A DNA stretch of 64,000 bases from positions 416,001-480,000 of the forward strand of contig CBDAOY010000008.1 of NCBI GenBank assembly GCA_965198225.1, in the 5' to 3' direction. Below the pieces are notes generated by a model that saw only the letters and a list, made by a program, of their open reading frames with translations, was not told where the DNA came from and made no database searches. Positions 19,604 through 29,176 of the stretch are shown one piece after another. Position 1 is the stretch's first letter, and every line of letters begins with the position of its first letter. A program made the position numbers and the translations under genes. Origin of the DNA: Terriglobia bacterium. Lineage in GTDB: Bacteria; Acidobacteriota; Terriglobia; 20CM-2-55-15.

Positions 19604-20101
19604 ATGAATCGAAGAAACGCCGAATACTGGATCCAGGGTCTGGGATTGAACCCCCATCCTGAAGGTGGCCACTATCTGGAGACCTATCGAAGTACCGCCG
19701 AGGTAGGGGAATGCTGTTCAAACCATTCCGGCCGACGGCCGATGGCGACGGCGATCTACTACTTGCTCCAGGGCCGGGACTTTTCTGCGTTCCACCGCAT
19801 CCACTCGGACGAAGTGTGGCACCACTACTCGGGATCGCCGATGACACTGCACCTATTGAAGGATGGAGGGACATACGAGAAGATGCACCTTGGGCCCGAA
19901 TTGAGCCGGAGCCGGCCTCAGGTCTTGATTCCAGCTCAAACCTGGTTTGCAGCCACCGGGGACGATTTCGAATCCTACTCCCTCGTTGGTTGTACCGTTG
20001 CGCCCGGTTTTGATTTCGCGGATTTCGAACTCGGAAACCGGACCGAACTCATCGCGCAATTCCCGAAGCATTGCGAACTCATCGGGAAACTCACTCGATA
20101 G
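19604..20101 (+). CDS. Cupin superfamily protein (DUF985/Cupin_5)
   Basis: LNPHPEGGHY, TAIYYLL, SAFHRIHSDEVWHHY, SLVGCTVAPGFDFADFE. Confidence 0.92.
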   Translation: MNRRNAEYWIQGLGLNPHPEGGHYLETYRSTAEVGECCSNHSGRRPMATAIYYLLQGRDFSAFHRIHSDEVWHHYSGSPMTLHLLKDGGTYEKMHLGPELSRSRPQVLIPAQTWFAATGDDFESYSLVGCTVAPGFDFADFELGNRTELIAQFPKHCELIGKLTR

Positions 20102-20116
20102 CAAGGACAATTGCCA

Positions 20117-20554
20117 ATGACCAGCTCTCTGTTTCTGATCTCTCTCGCCATCGTTGGAGGGATCGCCGTCGCACTGCAAGCCCAGTTCATGGGACAGCTG
20201 GACCGGGGAATCGGAACCCTCGAAAGCGTGTTCATCACCTATGGCAGTGGTGGCTTGCTCATCGCACTCATAGCGCTCGTCCTGCGGGGCGGCAACCTCG
20301 CTGCGTGGCGAGCCGTCCCCCCCTACACGCTGTTGGCCGGGATCCTGGGACTCGTGATCGTCGGAACGATCAGCTACACGGCACCGCGTCTCGGGCTCGT
20401 CGTTACGTTCACCATCTTCGTGACGACGCAGTTTGCCGTCGGCGCTCTGGTCGACCACTTTGGTCTCTTCAATACTGCGATTCGACAGCTGGACCTGTCC
20501 CGCGGGGCCGGCATCGGCATGTTGCTGGCCGGCGTCTGGCTGATCATCCGCTGA
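20117..20554 (+). CDS. DMT family small membrane transporter (YdcZ/DUF606-like)
   Basis: About five hydrophobic segments; GIAVALQ, VDHFGLF motifs. Confidence 0.85.
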   Translation: MTSSLFLISLAIVGGIAVALQAQFMGQLDRGIGTLESVFITYGSGGLLIALIALVLRGGNLAAWRAVPPYTLLAGILGLVIVGTISYTAPRLGLVVTFTIFVTTQFAVGALVDHFGLFNTAIRQLDLSRGAGIGMLLAGVWLIIR

Positions 20555-20566
20555 GCGAGAGGCGCA

Positions 20567-22936
20567 TTGGTCGATTCATCCGTCCTTACCGTCGCTAACA
20601 AGCCGGCCTTCGCGGCCGAAGACGTCGAGGGTCTCGTCCGAACGCTTTATGGTCTGGCCGGGAAGGTCGAATCGTTGCCGTCGGAATGGGACCAGAACTT
20701 CCTTCTCGACGCAGGTTCAGCCGGGCGTTTCGTCGCAAAGATCGCCAACCTCGGGGTCGAGGGCGAAGTGCTGGAGTTTCAGAACCTGGCGATGGACTGG
20801 GTCGCGAAGCGCTGGGAACGGGGCATCTGCCCGGGAGTCGTTGCTTCGATTTCGGGTGATGGTCTTTGCCGGGTGCGGGGTGGGGGCGGTGACGAATTCT
20901 GGCTTCGTGTCCTGACGTACCTCGACGGGAGACCCCTTTCGTCCACCCCCGAGCGCACCCCGGCGCTGCTCGAAGAGATCGGCCGAGCGCTGGGAGAACT
21001 CGACAATTGTCTCGCCGACTTCCGGCATCCGGCGATGGAGCGGGAACTCCGCTGGGATCTGCGCCGCGCCGAATGGATCACTCCTGAGATCGGCGTCATT
21101 CCGGATCTCCGCAGGAGGGCGATCGTCGCGCGGCTTCTGGTGCAGTACCGCGGAAGAATCCTGCCGCTCCTGGCCGAGCTCCCGGTCTCGGTCATCCACA
21201 ACGATGCGAACGACGAGAACCTGCTGGTTCGGTCCGACCCCGACGCCGTCTGGAGGGTCGGGGGCCTCCTGGACTTCGGTGACATCGTTCGCACGCACAC
21301 GGTCAACGAGCTGGCGATCGCTTCCGCCTACGCGTGTCTCAAAGACGACGACCCCCTGGCCACAGCGTCGACAATCGCTCGCGGCTATCACGCCCTCAGG
21401 CCCTTGAAAGACACCGAGATTCGGGTCCTCGTCCCGTTGATGGCGATGCGACTGGGTGTGAGCGTGACGATGTCGGCAATCGCGGCCAGGGAGGACCCCG
21501 CAAATGCGCACAAACAGATCACGGACCGGGACGCCTGGGCGATGCTGGAGCGTCTGGAGGCCCTCGACTGGAAAGCCGCTGAAGCCCGGGTTCGTCATGC
21601 CTGCGGTCTGGCGCCGATCACCGTAACGCCGATTGGCAGGCGGGCGTGGTCTCTTGACGAACTGGTGCAGGTACGGAAACGCCTGCTGGGTCCGTCCTTG
21701 AGCCTGTCTTATGAAGCGCCGTTGGAGATCGTTCGAGGCCGCGGCCAGTTCCTCTTCGACGAGCGTGGCCGTGCTTTCCTGGATTGCGTGAACAACGTCT
21801 GCCATGTCGGTCACAGTCATCCGAAGGTAGTTGAAGCGCAGGCCGCTCAGGCCGCCCTCCTCAACACGAACACCAGATACCTGCACCCTTACCTCGTGGA
21901 ATACGCCCAACGATTGAGTGCGACTCTTCCCGATCCACTCAACGTGTGCTTTTTCGTGAATTCTGGCAGCGAGGCCAACGAACTTGCTGTCCGAATCGCA
22001 CGGGCCCACACGGGGCGGCGCGATGCGATCGTCCTCGACGGTGCGTATCACGGCAACACGGCAACGCTCGTGGACTTGAGCCCGTACAAGTGCGAGGGGC
22101 CGGGCGGAGCCGGGCTGCCCGATTGGGTCCACAAGGTCGAGAAACCCGACCCGTACCGTGGTGCTCACCGGGGCACTGGAGCGGCCATCGGAAGAGCCTA
22201 CGCCGAATCGGTACTAGAGGTTTGTCGGCGGCTTGAACAAGAGGAACGTGGGCCGGCGCATTTGATCGTCGAATCCATCCTGGGTTGTGCGGGACAGGTC
22301 GTTCTGCCGGCCGGATACCTCGAGCATGCTTTTGGTCACGTCCGGCGCTGCGGCGGTCTCTGCGTTGTCGACGAAGTTCAGGTCGGTTTCGGCCGGGTCG
22401 GGACTCACATGTGGGCGTTCCAGACGCAGGGTGTCGTACCCGACATCTTGACGTTGGGCAAGCCGATCGGCAACGGACATCCGATCGGGGCCGTCGTCAC
22501 CACGGACGAGATTGCCGCCTCGTTCGCGAACGGCATGGAGTTCTTCAGCACGTTCGGAGGAAACCCGGTGTCCTGCGCCGTCGGGATGGCCGTCCTCGAC
22601 GTAATCGAGGAGGAAGGATTGCAACGACGAGCGCTGACGGTGGGCCGATACCTTGCCGCGGGTTTCGAAGAACTCGGCGAACGGTACACGATGATCGGTG
22701 ATGTTCGTGGCTTGGGCCTGTTCATGGGAGTCGAACTGGTCCGGGACCGCGAGACGCTGGAACCGGCCACCGAAGAGACTTCGCGGTTGATCGAACAGTC
22801 GAAGACCGACGGTGTTTTGTTGAGTGCCGAGGGACCTTCCCACAACGTCCTGAAGATCAAGCCTCCGCTGCAGTTCGGAGAGCGGGATGCGGACCTGCTT
22901 CTCGGCGCCGTGGAGCGGGTCCTCGCTAGCCTGTAG
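20567..22936 (+). CDS. Fused APH-like (hydroxylysine kinase-like) phosphotransferase plus class III PLP aminotransferase/phospho-lyase
   Basis: N-half [27 protein letters not shown]; C-half [40 protein letters not shown]. Confidence 0.9.
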   Translation: MVDSSVLTVANKPAFAAEDVEGLVRTLYGLAGKVESLPSEWDQNFLLDAGSAGRFVAKIANLGVEGEVLEFQNLAMDWVAKRWERGICPGVVASISGDGLCRVRGGGGDEFWLRVLTYLDGRPLSSTPERTPALLEEIGRALGELDNCLADFRHPAMERELRWDLRRAEWITPEIGVIPDLRRRAIVARLLVQYRGRILPLLAELPVSVIHNDANDENLLVRSDPDAVWRVGGLLDFGDIVRTHTVNELAIASAYACLKDDDPLATASTIARGYHALRPLKDTEIRVLVPLMAMRLGVSVTMSAIAAREDPANAHKQITDRDAWAMLERLEALDWKAAEARVRHACGLAPITVTPIGRRAWSLDELVQVRKRLLGPSLSLSYEAPLEIVRGRGQFLFDERGRAFLDCVNNVCHVGHSHPKVVEAQAAQAALLNTNTRYLHPYLVEYAQRLSATLPDPLNVCFFVNSGSEANELAVRIARAHTGRRDAIVLDGAYHGNTATLVDLSPYKCEGPGGAGLPDWVHKVEKPDPYRGAHRGTGAAIGRAYAESVLEVCRRLEQEERGPAHLIVESILGCAGQVVLPAGYLEHAFGHVRRCGGLCVVDEVQVGFGRVGTHMWAFQTQGVVPDILTLGKPIGNGHPIGAVVTTDEIAASFANGMEFFSTFGGNPVSCAVGMAVLDVIEEEGLQRRALTVGRYLAAGFEELGERYTMIGDVRGLGLFMGVELVRDRETLEPATEETSRLIEQSKTDGVLLSAEGPSHNVLKIKPPLQFGERDADLLLGAVERVLASL

Positions 22937-23016
22937 GGAGGGGTGCGTGACGCGTTCGCGCTGACGCGATGTCTGACCCCGACAAGATTCTCTCAGCCAC
23001 AGCATAAGGATCGCTC

Positions 23017-24228
23017 ATGGCCTACGACCTCCTTCTACAAAACGGAACCGTCATCGACCCGGCAGCCGGAGTCCACGATCGCCGGGACATCGGCGTCACC
23101 GATGGCGTGATCGTCGCTGTGGAATCGAATCTTTCTCGATCGGAGGCAGATCGGGTGATCGATGCCAAAGGCCGCCTGCTCACCCCGGGCCTGATCGATA
23201 TCCATACCCACGTGGCACGAGGCATCATGCCGATCGCGCTCGACCCCGACGCCGCCGGTGTCCGTTGCGGCGTGACTGCCGTTTCCGACGCCGGAAGTGT
23301 CGGCTACGCCAACTACGGTTCCTTCAAGGAACTCATCCTGCCCCACGCGCGGACCGATGTCTTCTCATTCCTTCATCTGTGCCCGACGGGCCAGGCGGTA
23401 TCGCCGGAGATTGCCTGGGAGAGCGTCGATCCTGACCGCACGCTGCGCCTGATCGATGCGGAGAGGGATGTCATCCGGGGGATGAAGATTCGGGCGAACG
23501 GCCCAGCGGTCGTCGAGCCGGACATGAAAGTCCTGAAGACCGCTCGGCAGGTCTGTTCAGCCGCAGGGCTACCGCTGATGGTCCATCTCGGCCTGAATTC
23601 CGAAGAAACAGTCCACCGGGATGTGCTGCGGGAATTCAACCGCAGTCTTCTGTCGTTTCTCGAACCCGGAGACATCCTGACTCACGTGTACTCCCAACGG
23701 ATCGGAGGAGTGCTCGGCGGCGACGATGATCTGATCGCCAACCTGCTCGAGGCAAAGAAGCGAGGCATCGTCATCGACGCGGCGCCCGCCAAGAGCCACT
23801 TCAGCTTCGAGCTCGCCCGCGCCGCTCTTGAAGCGGGTCTGGTTCCGACGACCCTGAGTACGGACATCACGAAAACCAACTACCGCGGGCCGGCCTTGTT
23901 CAGCCTGCCTGTCGTCATGTCCAAGTTTCTGGCGCTGGGTCTGTCCCTGGATGAAGTCATCGAGAAAGCCACCGCTGCGCCAGCGCGTGTCCTCAGGGAA
24001 GAGAGCCGGCGTGGCAGCCTGCAGGTTGGGTTTCGGGCCGACGTGACCGTGTTTGAACTTGTTCGCGGCGACTTTCTCTTCTCCGACGGAATCGCCGGGA
24101 ACACGCTCGAGGGCAACCGGCTCCTGGAGCCGCGGTGGACACTCAAGGACGGGGAGGTGATCGAGGCTGGTTCCCGATTCCGCAACCACGTTGCAGGGGA
24201 GCCCGTGACGTTGACCCGTGGGGCGTGA
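23017..24228 (+). CDS. Amidohydrolase/deacetylase-family metallohydrolase (dihydroorotase-like)
   Basis: PGLIDIHTH, DAGS, GMKIR, MVH, GDILTH, LSTD. Confidence 0.88.
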   Translation: MAYDLLLQNGTVIDPAAGVHDRRDIGVTDGVIVAVESNLSRSEADRVIDAKGRLLTPGLIDIHTHVARGIMPIALDPDAAGVRCGVTAVSDAGSVGYANYGSFKELILPHARTDVFSFLHLCPTGQAVSPEIAWESVDPDRTLRLIDAERDVIRGMKIRANGPAVVEPDMKVLKTARQVCSAAGLPLMVHLGLNSEETVHRDVLREFNRSLLSFLEPGDILTHVYSQRIGGVLGGDDDLIANLLEAKKRGIVIDAAPAKSHFSFELARAALEAGLVPTTLSTDITKTNYRGPALFSLPVVMSKFLALGLSLDEVIEKATAAPARVLREESRRGSLQVGFRADVTVFELVRGDFLFSDGIAGNTLEGNRLLEPRWTLKDGEVIEAGSRFRNHVAGEPVTLTRGA

Positions 24229-24269
24229 CAACTGCTTGTTGCCACTCAGTTTGCGCCTTCCCAAGCCTA

Positions 24270-24297
24270 TTGACGTCTTCGCCTTTCGGTGTATGAT
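24270..24297 (+). promoter_or_regulatory. sigma70-type promoter of the NRAMP-like gene
   Basis: TTGACG-N16-TATGAT. Confidence 0.6.
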
Positions 24298-24357
24298 TGC
24301 TCCTCGTTCGCGGCCAACGCGGCGAACAGATTTCGTCGTTTAGCTAGAGGAGCGCAG

Positions 24358-25662
24358 ATGAGCACCAACGTTGGAACTCCGGGAATGGTCGGCGAAGAGG
24401 CCGCCTCCCTTCGCAGGTTTCTAAAGAGCTTCGGTCCGGGTTTGCTGTGGGCGGGGAGCGCCATCGGCGTCTCGCACCTGGTGCAATCGACACGTGCGGG
24501 AGCGGCCGCCGGCTTTGCACTGGCAGGCGTGATCATTGTTGCCCTGGCGCTGAAGTATCCGTTCTTTGAATATGGTCCGCGATACGCAGCCGCAACCGGC
24601 GAGAGCCTGGTGGAGGGCTATCATCGAGTGGGCCGGTGGGCGGTCTGGCTCTACTTCTTCATCATCCTCAGCACGGTCGTCATCACGAACGCGGCGATCA
24701 TTCTGTTCACGTCCGCCCTGTTTCAATATGCGCTGGGGACGAACGTGTCGCCGGTCCTGGCTTCGGCGATCGTCTACGCCGGCTGCGGCATCCTGCTCTG
24801 GATCGGGCATTTCAAGGCGCTCGACATCTCCATCAAGATAGTGCTCCTGCTGCTTGCGATATCGACGCTGATCGCGGCGACCGTCGTCATTCCGAGAGCC
24901 GATTTCACGAACTTCAGCTTGATTCCCCTGCCGCCGGCGGGGGGCACCGTGGGCCTGGCGTTCCTTCTGGCGCTGGCCGGATGGATGCCGTCCGACGTCG
25001 CGATCTCCGTCTATAGCTCTCTCTGGACCCTGGCAAAGGACAAGACCAGTGGCGTCCGGGCCAGCGTGTCGACGGCTCGCCTGGACTTCAAGATCGCCTA
25101 CGCCGGCACCGGGATCCTGGCTTTCGCTTTTTTGACGCTCGGCGCCGGCGTGATGCACGGATCGGGGGAGACGTTCAGCTCCGCCGGAGCGGTCTTTTCG
25201 ACGCAGTTGATCGACCTGTACGTGAGGACCCTCGGGGCCTGGACGCGTCCGATCATGATCATCACGGCGCTCACAGCGATGTTTTCGACCGCCCTGACGG
25301 TCATGGACGGCTATCCGCGGGTGATCGATCGGACGATCAAGGTAATCAGGATCAAGGATCCGGCTCAGACCGCGGACGCGCCGATCTCGCGACCGTACTG
25401 GATCGCGTTGATCCTCATCGGCATCCTGATGACGGCCCTGCTCCAGCTTTTCGTGACGAGTCTGACCCAGATGGTCGATTTCGTGACGATCGTGGCGTTC
25501 TTGACGGCGCCGATCCTGGGATTCCTGAACTTGAAGGTCATCACGTCCTCTGCGGTACCGAAGGAGTACCAGCCCGGTAAGGCGATGTTGATCTACTCCT
25601 ACTTCGGTCTGGCTGCTTTGGGAGCCGTCGCGGTCGTTTTCCTGGTGAGCCTCATCTCCTGA
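24358..25662 (+). CDS. NRAMP-related (APC superfamily) membrane transporter
   Basis: GAGGAG RBS; GPGLLWAGSAIGVSHLVQSTRAGA, KYPFFEYGPRY, about 11 TM segments. Confidence 0.82.
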   Translation: MSTNVGTPGMVGEEAASLRRFLKSFGPGLLWAGSAIGVSHLVQSTRAGAAAGFALAGVIIVALALKYPFFEYGPRYAAATGESLVEGYHRVGRWAVWLYFFIILSTVVITNAAIILFTSALFQYALGTNVSPVLASAIVYAGCGILLWIGHFKALDISIKIVLLLLAISTLIAATVVIPRADFTNFSLIPLPPAGGTVGLAFLLALAGWMPSDVAISVYSSLWTLAKDKTSGVRASVSTARLDFKIAYAGTGILAFAFLTLGAGVMHGSGETFSSAGAVFSTQLIDLYVRTLGAWTRPIMIITALTAMFSTALTVMDGYPRVIDRTIKVIRIKDPAQTADAPISRPYWIALILIGILMTALLQLFVTSLTQMVDFVTIVAFLTAPILGFLNLKVITSSAVPKEYQPGKAMLIYSYFGLAALGAVAVVFLVSLIS

Positions 25663-25687
25663 GTCTTCCGAGACAGAGGGTAGGGAA

Positions 25688-25714
25688 AGGGTGGCTTCTT
25701 CGGCCACCCTCTTT
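25688..25714. terminator. Hairpin between convergent genes
   Basis: AGGGTGGC-TTCTTCG-GCCACCCT then CTTT. Confidence 0.65.
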
Positions 25715-25730
25715 GGGGAATTCTCGAATG

Positions 25731-26474
25731 CTAATCGATGATCCGGGCGCTCATGACGAGGATCAAGGCGCTGGCGCCGACGCTGGCTTTCCCGACCACG
25801 GCGTGTTGTCCTTCGGTGATATCGATAGAGGTGCCGATCGATACGTCGTGGGACCGGTCCGAGAGCTGGATGTTGGTGTTGAACTGGAAGTTGTCGAGTC
25901 GGACGATGCGCCGGTCATCGGAGCCGGAAGTGACGACCAGTCCCGCCCTGAGAAAGTAGTTCGGATTGCCCGGAGCCGCACCGGGTATCTGCGGCATCAC
26001 GCCCTGGAGCTGTATGACCTCCTGATCGACGCCGCGCGCGATGGCGCTATCGAGGGAGTTGAAGACCCTGTAGGGCAGGACGCCGCGCAACTGCTCGACG
26101 ACCGGGTCCAGGTGCGCCGGAAGCGCCTGTTGCCTCCCATCGTTCGTCGCCACGAGGATGAAAGTCGTCAGCTCGACGCTGGGGGCTGCCCGCGACGGAA
26201 CGTCGAAACGGCGCACTGCCTGCTCGATCGCGGGCATGAGCTCTTCGGGAGCTCGAACCATCACCGCCTTCAATCGCGAATCGAACGACCACCGCACCAT
26301 GAACATGTTGAGGATCGGCCGGAGATCGAGCTCGCTCGCGTGCTGCACCTCGAAGACCGCGGTCTCCAACTGCTGGGGTTCCGCCTGCTCCTGACCCTGC
26401 TGAGCCAGGGCGCCCATCGGGGTCAGCGCCAGCGTCAGCAAGAGGGCCAACCTTGTCTGTCTGCTAGTTATCAT
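25731..26474 (-). CDS. Exported protein with a secretin-N/NolW-like domain, cotranscribed with the anti-sigma factor
   Basis: Signal peptide; TAVFEVQHA...KAVMVRAPEELMPAIEQAVRRFDVP; C-terminal TSIDITEGQHAVVGK; 4-nt overlap with upstream gene. Confidence 0.6.
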   Translation of the reverse strand: MITSRQTRLALLLTLALTPMGALAQQGQEQAEPQQLETAVFEVQHASELDLRPILNMFMVRWSFDSRLKAVMVRAPEELMPAIEQAVRRFDVPSRAAPSVELTTFILVATNDGRQQALPAHLDPVVEQLRGVLPYRVFNSLDSAIARGVDQEVIQLQGVMPQIPGAAPGNPNYFLRAGLVVTSGSDDRRIVRLDNFQFNTNIQLSDRSHDVSIGTSIDITEGQHAVVGKASVGASALILVMSARIID

Positions 26475-27115
26475 TCCTGTCCTCCGTCCTGATCGACGAG
26501 CCAGTAAATAACCACGTTTGGATCGTCGGTCAGTAGTTTAACTACGAGCGTTTCGGGTTCATTCACAGGCTCGATCGGCGGCTCCGAAACGATGTCTGCG
26601 TTTCCTTCTTGAACACTGTTGCCGGCCGCTTGCGGCGGCTGAGAGGGTGGGCCAACCTCTTCGACTGCAACGGAAGCTTCCGGCTCCGGCCGCGATGGGC
26701 CGAGCGGCATCACCTCGCTCGGCGTGGGCGTCCGAGCGACGGCTTCCGGGCCGGGAGCCGTGACGCCGGAGTCCGATGTGTCGCTCGAGAGAACCCACAA
26801 CCCCAGCGCCAGGGCGAGGAGTGCAGCCGCCCCGGTGTAGCTCCAGCTCCAGCTCGAGAGCCACCCGATGACTCCTGCCCGATCGTCACCCTCGAGTCGC
26901 TCGATCACGCGAGCGCGGATGCTCCTAAGCGCCACTTCATCGGCAGCTTCATCCCGCATGAGTCTCATCTGGGCCTGCGTCTCGGCGAGCTCATCGGCGA
27001 ACGATCGGCATGCGGCACACGAGCTCAGGTGTTCTTTGACGCGTTCCTTATCGGACGGAGGGAGATCTCCCTCGACCCACAGCGCGATATTCTGCTCCCA
27101 TTCCTGACAGTTCAT
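26471..27115 (-). CDS. Zinc-binding (zf-HC2) transmembrane anti-sigma factor
   Basis: MNC...EHLSSCAACR (HxxxCxxC), one TM helix, Pro-rich linker, C-terminal KLLTDDPNVVIYWLVD. Confidence 0.88.
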   Translation of the reverse strand: MNCQEWEQNIALWVEGDLPPSDKERVKEHLSSCAACRSFADELAETQAQMRLMRDEAADEVALRSIRARVIERLEGDDRAGVIGWLSSWSWSYTGAAALLALALGLWVLSSDTSDSGVTAPGPEAVARTPTPSEVMPLGPSRPEPEASVAVEEVGPPSQPPQAAGNSVQEGNADIVSEPPIEPVNEPETLVVKLLTDDPNVVIYWLVDQDGGQE

Positions 27116-27749
27116 TTCGCTCTCCGTAATTTGCCTTCGAGTGCCTTTTTGATCTTGACCCGAGCCGTGCTGACCTGCGAGCGGACGGTTCCTTCCGAAG
27201 AGCTCAGGATGTGGGCCACCTCAGCCGTCGAGAAACCCTCGATGTCCCGCATCACGATTGCCGCCCGTTCTTTTTCCGGTAACGTTGCCAGGGCGTCGTA
27301 CAGCATCCCTTGATCCTCCCGTGCTCGAAGAGCGCGGTGAGGATCCCCGCGCCTCCCAAGATCCGGCGGTTCTCCCGCGTGTGGCAGCGGGACCGCCGCG
27401 TGCCGCTTCCTCCTTTTCCAGGCGTCACGGCAGACGTTTACCGCGATGCGGTACAGCCAGGGCTCGAAGCGACGATTCCGATCGACGCGCTCAGGTTCTT
27501 GAAGACTCTGATGAACGTCTCCTGAGCGGCATCCTGTGCGTCGTCGACATTCCCCAGCAGCCTTTGACACGTGAGCAAGACCTGGCGCTCGAAGCGGCGG
27601 ATGACAGACTCGAATGCCGACAGGTCTCCGGATGCCGCCAGACCGATCCATCGCGAGAGCTCGTCGTGCTGAGGTTGGGTAACTTCTGTCGGTGCGGGCA
27701 TCGAGAGCGCTATTCCCAGGTCGATCGTCGCGTCGTTCTTCGGCGTCAT
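27112..27749 (-). pseudogene. ECF sigma-70 factor with a 1-nt frameshift near 27491 (real or sequencing error)
   Basis: AGGAG RBS; region 2 start (GDLSAFE..DAQDAAQETFIRVFKNL) in ORF 27438..27758; rest (FEPWLYRIAVNVCRD..LPEKERAAIVMRDIEGFSTAEVA..GTVRSQV) in ORF 27112..27651. Confidence 0.88.
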
Positions 27750-27865
27750 CGGCTTCACTCCTGGAATACCGCCGGCACCCCAGATTCGTTGAGAACTTTC
27801 CTTAAATTGAGACCCGACGGGTCCATCGATCGTTCAGGAATTCGCGGGCTGAGAGTCTCGGCCAG

Positions 27866-27952
27866 GGAATTCGGGGCCGGAGACCGAATTCGATTTCAAG
27901 AGAAACCAATGGTTTATCCACCATGGTAATTCGGTCTCCGGCCCCGAATTCC
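27866..27952. repeat. Perfect 25-bp inverted repeat with 37-bp spacer (MITE/REPIN-like)
   Basis: GGAATTCGGGGCCGGAGACCGAATT at 27866 and its exact reverse complement at 27928. Confidence 0.9.
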
Positions 27953-28108
27953 GTCGGGACCTGATTTGACCCTCCTCGTGAAAACATTGACCTAACGAAC
28001 TGGTCTGAGGCGCCCTCGTTCGAGTGCCGAAGTGACTTCACACGGTGTTCGGGAAACCGGGACCTGCTGGTCGAAGTTTGCTTTCGCACGATCACACAGG
28101 AGAATGTC

Positions 28109-28333
28109 GTGAAAGTACTGGACTTGAGCCCGGACCTGTTTCTCGAGCCGGAGGCTAAGGTAAAAGAACCTCTGGATCTGACTCTATGCACCCGATGCCG
28201 CCAACCCTGGGGTTTTGAGCTGATCGAAGAGATCGAGATGTGGTCCTGCGACAGTTGCGGCTACGAGGTGCGCGAGAAATCGATCGACTTCTTCCGGATG
28301 CAACTGGCTGAGCAAGAGTCGATGATCTGCTAG
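28109..28333 (+). CDS. Small putative zinc-ribbon protein
   Basis: AGGAG RBS, GTG start; CTRC and CDSC pairs. Confidence 0.65.
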   Translation: MKVLDLSPDLFLEPEAKVKEPLDLTLCTRCRQPWGFELIEEIEMWSCDSCGYEVREKSIDFFRMQLAEQESMIC

Positions 28334-28341
28334 GCGTTGCG

Positions 28342-28680
28342 TTACCCTCGACGTCTGCGTTTCTCGAAGTACTTTTGCTGCGATCCGGCGAGTGCGGGAA
28401 CCCCCAGAACGCGTTCGAGCAGTTCATCGTTGTCCTTTTCCAGGTACAGCCTGTTGACGTCGCTTACAGTGACCTCGTGGGTCCTGATGAAGCAGTTCGA
28501 TGTCGTCGTCGGCACGCATTTCTCAATCCTCGATGACGGAAAGGTAGAACCCCGACCGATGGCTCCGTGAGAACAGGTCGATCATATCGTCGCGCTCGAA
28601 CCTCATCGCCAGCTTGTAGCAGGGCATCCTGGGTTGTGTTGCCATGACCACGGCGCGCCCGATCCTGAAGTGGGATCCAA
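28342..28680 (-). pseudogene. MOSC/3-alpha domain (YiiM-like) gene remnant
   Basis: FRIGRAVVMATQPRMPCYKL..RSGFYLSVIED*EMRADDDIELLHQDP / frameshift / HEVTVSDVNRLY..LERVLGVPALA; 5' half missing. Confidence 0.85.
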
Positions 28681-28726
28681 AAACAGCTTTTACGACTTGC
28701 GGTTTCAAACGCCTCCTATCACAATC

Positions 28727-29176
28727 GAAAAAGGCTCCGTTTCTCGGGTCTGTTCGCACCCTCCCGTGACTGGAAACACATGCAAATCTCTGACGCCTGG
28801 AAGAAAATCGACGTCCTGATTCAGCCGTCCATCAGAACTCAGCTCCGAAAGGTCGCTCTGCAGATCCGTCAACGGGAGGCATCAATCCTCGATTAGAACC
28901 CCGACCTGGTCTTCGACACTGGTCATCGGCGCTGTTGCCATCGCCCGCTTGACGACTTCGTTTCGCTTTCGAAAAATCGTCTCGGGTCTGTTCGCACCCT
29001 CCCGTGACTGGAAACACATGCAAATCTCTGACGCCTGGAAGAAAATCGACGTCCTGATTCAGCCGGAACTCAGCTCCGAAAGGTCGCTCTGCAGATCCGT
29101 CAACGGGAGGATCAATTCTTCCTGGTCTTGACACTGGTCATCGGCGCTGTTGTCGGCTTGACGATCGTCGCTTTCA
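28727..29176 (+). repeat. Imperfect tandem duplication of the 5' end of the ClC gene
   Basis: TCTCGGGTCTGTTCGCACCCTCCCGTGACTGGAAACACATGCAAATCTCTGACGCCTGGAAGAAAATCGACGTCCTGATTCAGCCG at 28742 and 28980; copies differ by several indels. Confidence 0.92.

Noticed and set aside
27480-27500. Programmed frameshift or phase variation in the ECF sigma gene
   Set aside because: No slippery heptamer, homopolymer or short repeat at the site; a single-base loss or sequencing error is simpler
28523-28525. Selenocysteine readthrough of the TGA in the MOSC remnant
   Set aside because: Position corresponds to the usual Gly (GGA to TGA), and the gene also has a frameshift and truncation
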